Shown piece by piece: positions 57,161 through 64,000 of a DNA stretch of 64,000 nt. The DNA is from an uncultured virus (IMG/VR IMGVR_UViG_3300025603_000010). Lineage: Duplodnaviria > Heunggongvirae > Uroviricota > Caudoviricetes. The DNA lies in the IMG/VR virus record IMGVR_UViG_3300025603_000010. One strand, written 5' to 3'. How positions within the stretch are numbered: the first letter of the stretch is position 1; the number at the start of each line of letters is the position of its first letter. The notes beneath the pieces were generated by a model, which did not search any database, was not told where the DNA came from, and worked only from the letters and a program-made list of their open reading frames with translations. The translations under genes and the position numbers were made by a program.

Positions 57161-58450
57161 TTAATAATATGCGTTTTCAATGTAATGAAACTTTCCAGTG
57201 TCTTTGTGCCAAATTCCCAAATCTTTATTGTTTGCCATAAATAGCGGCCACACAGAGGCATCGGTTGTTGATGAAAATGTTACAACTCCTCTATGACGAA
57301 CTCTTAACGTGTGTTCACCATTTGGTTTAGAAAAATCAATGTCAATAGTATCTAATTTAAGATCACTTCCAGATGTATAAATTCTACACGTTCTATATAA
57401 ATCGACGTTCCTACCACTTCTATCTTGACCACATTGGTATTTTGTACCATTATGAACAATACCGCTTCCATCTAACCCCTTTAAATAACATTCATGAGAT
57501 GGTATTTGAGTCCCCCCCGCCCACGGAACGGCAGAGCCTATGGTCGGTGATGTGCCTGACCAAGTAACAGGGTATACTACTGAATTGCCGGGATTTGAAG
57601 TATCAAAATGAATAAGTATATTACCCCAAGTTGTGGCTAAAATAGTAGGTGCCAGTGTGCTTCCAGTGTGTGTTGGTAATGTAACCACACTATCTCTGTC
57701 AACTTTAGTAACAGCTGTTCCAGCGCTGCCATCCCACACACAATGATTCATATCAAGTCTTGTAGTGCCTTCAGCAAAAGTTGCACTGTTATTAGTATTT
57801 AAATATACCCATGTATTTGCAGTACCTAAATTAGCGTACTCCGTTCCGCCGCCGGGGGATGAGAAGTCCCACATATACTGTGCGGGCCCATCACCAAGAG
57901 TTGCAGCAATCGTTGTAGTCGCTCCACCATTATAAGTACCAATAATTTGTTGTTGAGAATTAGACTTAGCATAGAAAATTCCAGTTGTATCATTTAGACG
58001 GTGCCCGGCTGAATAGCGTTCCGTTTGGGTGGTAACGGCGACGTTATTAGTAAAACTACCTAAGTCATTTGCTAGATCAGTCATATAATTTTTGGCAGTA
58101 TAACCACTAGTAGAAGACCGCATCCCCCAGAAAGCCCTATCTAAACTTAATTGCGTGCCTCCGCCTGAATGATTACTCCCCCCTTGATTATATAATACCC
58201 AATCACTACCTTCACTGAGTGAGTGATCTGAAGTATCATATGCAATTGGAGTACCTCCATAGTTAGCTGGGTTGTATGGACGAACCATCATAATCCAATT
58301 ATCATCATCCTGTGAATTAGTTTCATCTGCATCATATAACCAATCGCCGCCCGCAGCAAAAAATCCTAAATCACCACTAGATGTCATGTCATTAGTATGT
58401 ACTGTTGGTGTTGGAGAACCAACACCGCCAATCAAATTATACCCAAACAT
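57161..58450 (-). CDS. Putative receptor-binding / tail-associated protein
   Basis: G/T/N/W-rich 429-aa ORF after a fibre gene; MFGYNLIG start; GGAG RBS. Confidence 0.55.
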   Translation of the reverse strand: MFGYNLIGGVGSPTPTVHTNDMTSSGDLGFFAAGGDWLYDADETNSQDDDNWIMMVRPYNPANYGGTPIAYDTSDHSLSEGSDWVLYNQGGSNHSGGGTQLSLDRAFWGMRSSTSGYTAKNYMTDLANDLGSFTNNVAVTTQTERYSAGHRLNDTTGIFYAKSNSQQQIIGTYNGGATTTIAATLGDGPAQYMWDFSSPGGGTEYANLGTANTWVYLNTNNSATFAEGTTRLDMNHCVWDGSAGTAVTKVDRDSVVTLPTHTGSTLAPTILATTWGNILIHFDTSNPGNSVVYPVTWSGTSPTIGSAVPWAGGTQIPSHECYLKGLDGSGIVHNGTKYQCGQDRSGRNVDLYRTCRIYTSGSDLKLDTIDIDFSKPNGEHTLRVRHRGVVTFSSTTDASVWPLFMANNKDLGIWHKDTGKFHYIENAYY

Positions 58451-58465
58451 ATTTATATACTCCTA

Positions 58466-59998
58466 TTAAGCATCGTTAGCAGCATCTGTAGTGAAGAATA
58501 ATTTAACGCCAATGAGTCTAGCATCCTCGGCCATATCATCATTGCCGTCTGAAATATCTCTAAATATTCTAAAATAACACATATCTGCTGCAGCAGGCGA
58601 TCCGGCAATAGTCACCGCACCACTCTCTGCGGTCACGCACAAATCTTCTGCCGCACCGAGCGCATCGTCTGTAACAACAACTGTTGTACCATATGCAACG
58701 TCAATTGTATCATTGTTAGAAGCAGCAACGCCCTGTAATCCCCAAGCAACACCATCCGTATCTGTTGCAGCGGTTGTCCAAAATACTTGGAAAGTGATGG
58801 TGCCTCCATTCCAACTTTTTGGGAATGCAATTTGAAACTGAGCTGCTTCATCAGCAGAAGCATCAAAGTCAAGAACTTGCATATCTGGTCTACCAGCGGT
58901 TGTTTCAACATCTACAAGACCCGCACAACCATTTGATATTGTGGGTCGAATTGCTCCAGCTGGAATAAAGACAGTTTCTTTACCCTGTTCTTTAAATGCA
59001 GACCCGGCGGATGATATACTACCAGAGAAAGTAACATTACCATTTGCTGCAATTGTTACTGCAGCTGGAGTAGTTGCAGTACCAATTGTTCCAGTATCTT
59101 TAATTAAGATATCATCTACAAAAGTAACGATACCAGTTGAAGCAATTGTCATAGCAGATGTTGCAGATGCAACACCTATCGTACCACCATCTTTTATGAG
59201 AATGTCATCTTTAAATGTAACAATACCACCAGAAGATATTTGCATCGCATCTGTGGCACCTGCTGATCCAATATCTGCATCATTTGGAATTACTATACCA
59301 CCATTTGCAGTAACTAAACCACTAGAAGTTAATGCTCCAACAACATTAATTAGAGTAGCAGTGAGTTCAATCTCATCTGTAGCAGCAATATCTAAAACTG
59401 TTGCACTTGCACCTTGAATAAATTGTGAAACGTCATTGAACATTAATTTATTTGTTGAGTTAAGTGTCAGACCAGCACCATCAGTATGGGTTAATGTTGT
59501 ATCGTTATCATCACCGAAACCAATTACAGCACTATCTGCTAAGAATAAGTCAGAGAATTGCAATGAGGTTGTGCCCAGTGCAGCACCATCTTGTGCGTCT
59601 GGAACGAAAGCCGTTGCAGCGGTGATTGTTCCCGTTGCTGTAACATTACCTGTTACATCCAAACCCGAACTGTCAATTTCAATTCTTTCAGTTCCACCAG
59701 TAGTCACATTGACTGTATCAGCAGCACTAAAGAATATTCCAGTATTTGTGTCACCCGTGTTTGTAATTGATGGTGCTGATACGCTGCCGTCTGCAAATGA
59801 TGCAACACCAGTGATTGAAGGTGCAGCAAGAGTAACAACAGTAGCAGTAGCACTGATACCAGAACTTAGTGCAGTACCCGTACCCAACAGAGTATAAATT
59901 TCACTAAAGTTATCGTTGATCTTGTCACCACCGTCACGGATAGAATCACCTGTCCCATCTCCTTCGGTTGTTCCTAATCCTAATGTTTGTAATGCCAT
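58466..59998 (-). CDS. Tail fibre-like protein with gp9/gp10-type baseplate-attachment N-terminus
   Basis: GDGTGDSIRDGGDKINDNFSEIY; module shared with 46109..48574. Confidence 0.75.
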   Translation of the reverse strand: MALQTLGLGTTEGDGTGDSIRDGGDKINDNFSEIYTLLGTGTALSSGISATATVVTLAAPSITGVASFADGSVSAPSITNTGDTNTGIFFSAADTVNVTTGGTERIEIDSSGLDVTGNVTATGTITAATAFVPDAQDGAALGTTSLQFSDLFLADSAVIGFGDDNDTTLTHTDGAGLTLNSTNKLMFNDVSQFIQGASATVLDIAATDEIELTATLINVVGALTSSGLVTANGGIVIPNDADIGSAGATDAMQISSGGIVTFKDDILIKDGGTIGVASATSAMTIASTGIVTFVDDILIKDTGTIGTATTPAAVTIAANGNVTFSGSISSAGSAFKEQGKETVFIPAGAIRPTISNGCAGLVDVETTAGRPDMQVLDFDASADEAAQFQIAFPKSWNGGTITFQVFWTTAATDTDGVAWGLQGVAASNNDTIDVAYGTTVVVTDDALGAAEDLCVTAESGAVTIAGSPAAADMCYFRIFRDISDGNDDMAEDARLIGVKLFFTTDAANDA

Positions 59999-60025
59999 TA
60001 TCCGTGTCCTCTTCTATCTGAGTAT

Positions 60026-63000
60026 TTATACCTTTAGTGAGTCCCAAGTTATTGGACTATCAAATGTTGTTGCACCACTAAATCCTGTGTTTATAATTTT
60101 AATATATCGGTCAAGGTCAGTTCCGTCTTCTAGAATAATTTGGTCATTCTCATCTACAGAAGTGTTGTATACAATCAAATCAAGGTCTTCTAAAGCTAAG
60201 TTGCCATTTGTCCTAATGAAGATATCTGACGGAATACCATATCGTACTAGTGTAGTAGTATCATATATACCAAATGGTAATTCGCCCGTGTTTAATGACT
60301 CTTCTAGCGCAATAAATGTTTTCTCTAGAGATAGTTTTCCACCAATACCAAACCCAGTATAATCTTCTAACAGAATATCATCGCCAAAGGTTCCGGTAAC
60401 AGTTGTACCATCCTCTTGTTTGAATGTTCCAAGTTCTTGTCCCTCAAGAACAATTGTATCAAGGGAATTCTCATCAGAGATATTAAAGAGAGAATCACGA
60501 ACAATATCTCCAATAGAATATGATTCTGGATTAAAGCTTTCGCCCAATATTGCACCACCGCCTTGGAACCCGACAGGATTTTCAAGGATTAGATTGTCAC
60601 CATCAGTCTCATCAACAAGGTTATCGTTTGCAATAGATGTAAAGCTGTTTATCGTAACACTCTGTCCAACATTAACATCTGAAGAATCTTCCAACAAGAA
60701 GTGATCGCCATTATCTGCCTGTGGATTTCCTTCTGGTGAAAGATCAACAGTACCAGTAATCAACAAACGACTACCCAATTCAGATATACCACTCTCTAAT
60801 TGAATACCATCACCAGTGATACCTTCATATGATGAAGTTGCAAGGAAGGCTAGACCATTAGAAGTATTATGATTATTAGTAACTTTTGCATTAAGATGGG
60901 TTGTAACTGTTGAACGTAAGAATATTTCATGATCACCCTGTGGATCAGCACGACCATCAGTGACAAATTTCTCACCATCTGTTTCATCAATAATATTAAA
61001 CTTTATACTTACATCTTCACCAAACATAAACGAAATGCCATCTGTACCAACTGTCTCACGAAGAATAGCAAATCCATCCTCCAAAAGAAGATCACTTCCA
61101 TCATCACCTTGAGATTGTGAAAGATGTCCATCCTCAGTACCATTAATAACAATATTATTAGATATCTCTTCAGCACTTTCAGATATGATACGGTCCAAGT
61201 CTTCAGTAACTAGTATACCAAACTCACCAGCACCTGTACCGTGAGATATCTCAATTCCTTCAAAATCAGGAAATGCATTTTCTGGGGTTTCTAGTTCTAC
61301 AAACCCTTCACCAGTTTCGTTTTCAAGAATAAATCTATCACCATCCTCTTGAATAATAGAAGTTTCTAATAGAATTTCAAACTGATCAAATAGGATTGTA
61401 CCAAGACGATATTTTATAGGTTCATCAAATACCGTTCTGAATGTAGAAGCAAGAATTGCACTATAGGTATTAAGATCATAATCATTTCGTGTAAGGCTTG
61501 CGCCGGAGATGCCAAGTTTCGCAGAAACGAATGATGTGTTGATAACTTTTGAGAATACATTAAATCCAGCTGGATGAACTGCTTTTTTCAACTCATTCAG
61601 ATATTGATTGCCACCAGCGTTTGTCTGAATTTCATATGAGAATTGCTGATAATAATAAGAGTCTTGAATCCTGATAAGAGCTTCACCAATTAAATTTTCA
61701 ATACCACCAAATCTACCAGATTTCTCAGTCGTAGTTCCTAGTGTAATATTTGACTTTGCAATATCTGCATGAACGATTGTCGCAGATGCTGCAGAAGTTG
61801 TTATTGCTGTTGTTCCAGCAGAGAAATCTGCACCAGCATCTTCAAATAATACTTTTTCTGTGGCATGAAGAGAGGATGCATTTGTCCCATCCAAGATTAA
61901 GTTATCAAAGGGAACATCATCCTCGTATAGAAGTATTCCATTGCCATCCCCGTTGTCATCTTGGTTTAAAACGATATTATTGTTTGGATCATCCGTTCCA
62001 TTCGCATCTGTTGCATTAGGAATGATTTTTTCACCAGCGTTTGTACCACTAGCATCAGTACCATTAAGAACCAAATCATCTTCGTAGGATAGATCAGCAT
62101 CAAGTACGATAAAGTAACCAGCACCATCTGAAACGATTGGGATTGGTGAACTTTCTAATATAAATTTTACCTGCCTTGGTGCAGATGAAAGTTGAGTAGT
62201 TTCATTATCAGAACCAAGGAAGTTGTTATCCTCTGTAATTATAAATCCACTATCTCCAGTACCATCTTCCAAATCAAAGTAAGATAATCTTTGTCCGCTC
62301 TCCATGATAAGATCGCCGTCACCACTCTCCAAGAGTATCATCCCAGTATTAGTTGAGAGGTCATCTATTAAAAGTCTGTCTCCATCCTCACTAACTAGAT
62401 TTTCTCCATAGACAAGATTAGCATCTAAAATAATATTTACACCAACATACTCATTAGTTGCAAGTGAGTCTTCTAGAAGCACACCCTCATTAGAAGTTCC
62501 GCCCTGAGATTCATCTTGAATAGCAATATTGTCTTCAATTGAAACTGTTAGAACTTGGGTTGTAGAATCATAAGCCCGAACTGTTCCTGTGTGTGAAGTT
62601 AATGCTGCACCCACAGCAAAAGTTCCAGTGATGTCTTTAATGACAAAATTTCCACGGGGTTCCATAATAGGTGATTCACTATAATCAAAACCGGGGTTAG
62701 AAACATTGATAGAAGATATACGACCAATATCCGTAGTGGTTGACAATACTTTAGCACCTGTACCATACTGACTTCTAACAGCCGCAGTTGGTAACAGTGA
62801 ATACCCATCACCACCCTGAGTAACCGTAATTTTTGTAATATCACCAGAACCAGATTCTAAGATAAATCCTTCATTGTCATAACGGTTTGTGTCTATGACT
62901 TTTAAATTTACCGCCCACTCAGACTCAACACGATCACCAAGAACAGCCTCAGTGTTTATACCATCAGTATAAGAAGCCGCATTTCCAGACTCACCATATA

Positions 63001-64000
63001 GATGATCTGAACGATGATTATAGTTACCACCATAGAGGGTATATGTTGAACTGTTGTATGATGATTGAGCAATAGCTGTTGTTGCAGTTGGTGAATAGAA
63101 AGTAATACCGGGATACTCTAGGAATTGATATTGTCTCACTGCTGTTGCTGCGCTCTCAAACACCAACACCTCATTGTCCAGTAGTGTCTGTGCAGCAGAC
63201 ATTGTAATTGAATTTTGACTTGTAACGGAGACGACTGTAACAGTATTACTCAAACCGATACTGTTTGATCTAACAGTCATTCCCACCAAAATTTCATCAC
63301 CAGAATTTCCGTCCAAGATTACTGTTGTTGAATTAAAAGTTGCCCCGTTGGCCAAGCCGCTAGATTTTGTGATAGTAGTCTGTTCAGCAGAATAATTTGT
63401 CAAATGGATTGGATAGTAATAACCGATACCATTGTTGTATATAACATCAGTACCATAAACTGTATATGGTTCCTCACCCTCAATTGTACCCTCTTCCAAC
63501 TGAAAGTTAAACAGATCAATAAACTGATTTGTACCAGATTCCTGTACAATAATATCACCATCAGTTTCATCGATGATGTTACCATTTATAACTGTAACCT
63601 CAGCCTTAGCACTATCTACAAACCCTGCTTCAGTACTATTATCAGTAAATACAACAAGGTCACCAATCTCATAGTTGGTTCCTGCATCATCAACAACAAC
63701 ACCAGAAACCGAACCAGTTTCTACCTTATTAATACTAGCAGAAATATCACCACTACCAATTGCAACAGAAGTATCAAGGTCTATAATATCACTGTTACTA
63801 TATAGCGTTCCGTCATTTGAAATTGTTGTAGATGAAAGTAATTGTTGAATGACAAAATTATATTTAATATCTTTTGTAGAAGATATACCGGAAATTATTT
63901 CTCCATCAACAAATGTTCCAACCACACTTGAGATTTGAAATTCAATATAAGAAACACCACCAACAACAGCAAAGGTTGTTGCACTCTCAACAAGAGCAGT
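60026..64000 (-). CDS. Baseplate wedge initiator-like protein, gp7-like (5' end outside window)
   Basis: Frame open to 64000; IQDSYYYQQFSYEI...VHPAGF; many LEDG-type acidic repeats. Confidence 0.75.
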   Translation of the reverse strand, partial: TALVESATTFAVVGGVSYIEFQISSVVGTFVDGEIISGISSTKDIKYNFVIQQLLSSTTISNDGTLYSNSDIIDLDTSVAIGSGDISASINKVETGSVSGVVVDDAGTNYEIGDLVVFTDNSTEAGFVDSAKAEVTVINGNIIDETDGDIIVQESGTNQFIDLFNFQLEEGTIEGEEPYTVYGTDVIYNNGIGYYYPIHLTNYSAEQTTITKSSGLANGATFNSTTVILDGNSGDEILVGMTVRSNSIGLSNTVTVVSVTSQNSITMSAAQTLLDNEVLVFESAATAVRQYQFLEYPGITFYSPTATTAIAQSSYNSSTYTLYGGNYNHRSDHLYGESGNAASYTDGINTEAVLGDRVESEWAVNLKVIDTNRYDNEGFILESGSGDITKITVTQGGDGYSLLPTAAVRSQYGTGAKVLSTTTDIGRISSINVSNPGFDYSESPIMEPRGNFVIKDITGTFAVGAALTSHTGTVRAYDSTTQVLTVSIEDNIAIQDESQGGTSNEGVLLEDSLATNEYVGVNIILDANLVYGENLVSEDGDRLLIDDLSTNTGMILLESGDGDLIMESGQRLSYFDLEDGTGDSGFIITEDNNFLGSDNETTQLSSAPRQVKFILESSPIPIVSDGAGYFIVLDADLSYEDDLVLNGTDASGTNAGEKIIPNATDANGTDDPNNNIVLNQDDNGDGNGILLYEDDVPFDNLILDGTNASSLHATEKVLFEDAGADFSAGTTAITTSAASATIVHADIAKSNITLGTTTEKSGRFGGIENLIGEALIRIQDSYYYQQFSYEIQTNAGGNQYLNELKKAVHPAGFNVFSKVINTSFVSAKLGISGASLTRNDYDLNTYSAILASTFRTVFDEPIKYRLGTILFDQFEILLETSIIQEDGDRFILENETGEGFVELETPENAFPDFEGIEISHGTGAGEFGILVTEDLDRIISESAEEISNNIVINGTEDGHLSQSQGDDGSDLLLEDGFAILRETVGTDGISFMFGEDVSIKFNIIDETDGEKFVTDGRADPQGDHEIFLRSTVTTHLNAKVTNNHNTSNGLAFLATSSYEGITGDGIQLESGISELGSRLLITGTVDLSPEGNPQADNGDHFLLEDSSDVNVGQSVTINSFTSIANDNLVDETDGDNLILENPVGFQGGGAILGESFNPESYSIGDIVRDSLFNISDENSLDTIVLEGQELGTFKQEDGTTVTGTFGDDILLEDYTGFGIGGKLSLEKTFIALEESLNTGELPFGIYDTTTLVRYGIPSDIFIRTNGNLALEDLDLIVYNTSVDENDQIILEDGTDLDRYIKIINTGFSGATTFDSPITWDSLKV

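Noticed and set aside
46109..59998. Diversity-generating retroelement or invertible fibre cassette
   Set aside because: No reverse transcriptase or invertase seen; repeats are in-frame coding modules with no evident adenine-specific variation
1..64000. tRNA or rRNA genes
   Set aside because: No cloverleaf or T-loop pattern noticed in the short intergenic spaces by eye; a tRNAscan-SE run would be decisive

Overview
64 kb of a T4-like myophage genome, probably marine and probably with an alphaproteobacterial host (inferred from an RpoH-type promoter and a ROSE-like leader on hsp20). It is almost entirely on the minus strand. In transcription order it holds baseplate/tail-fibre genes, a cluster of modifying enzymes, neck gp13/14, gp15, terminase gp16/17, sheath/tube gp18/19, head gp20-23, gp3, uvsY, speD, uvsW, gp55, gp47/46, a methylase, peptide deformylase, cobT/cobS-like genes, hsp20, 2OG-Fe(II) oxygenases, gp45 and the start of gp44. 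Main findings: (1) gp17 is broken into two genes by an atypically split intein (34-aa IntN, ~100-aa IntC) with a free-standing GIY-YIG endonuclease gene between the halves; (2) at least 7 free-standing homing endonucleases, several apparently inserted inside essential genes, supplying replacement ends and leaving decayed copies of the old ends; (3) several apparently leaderless late genes; (4) a candidate late ncRNA between gp3 and uvsY; (5) a probable ATT start for gp46; (6) glycosyltransferase, hydroxylase, radical SAM, PP-loop and adenylation enzymes embedded in the virion operon. All product calls come from motif recognition and T4 gene order, not database searches.
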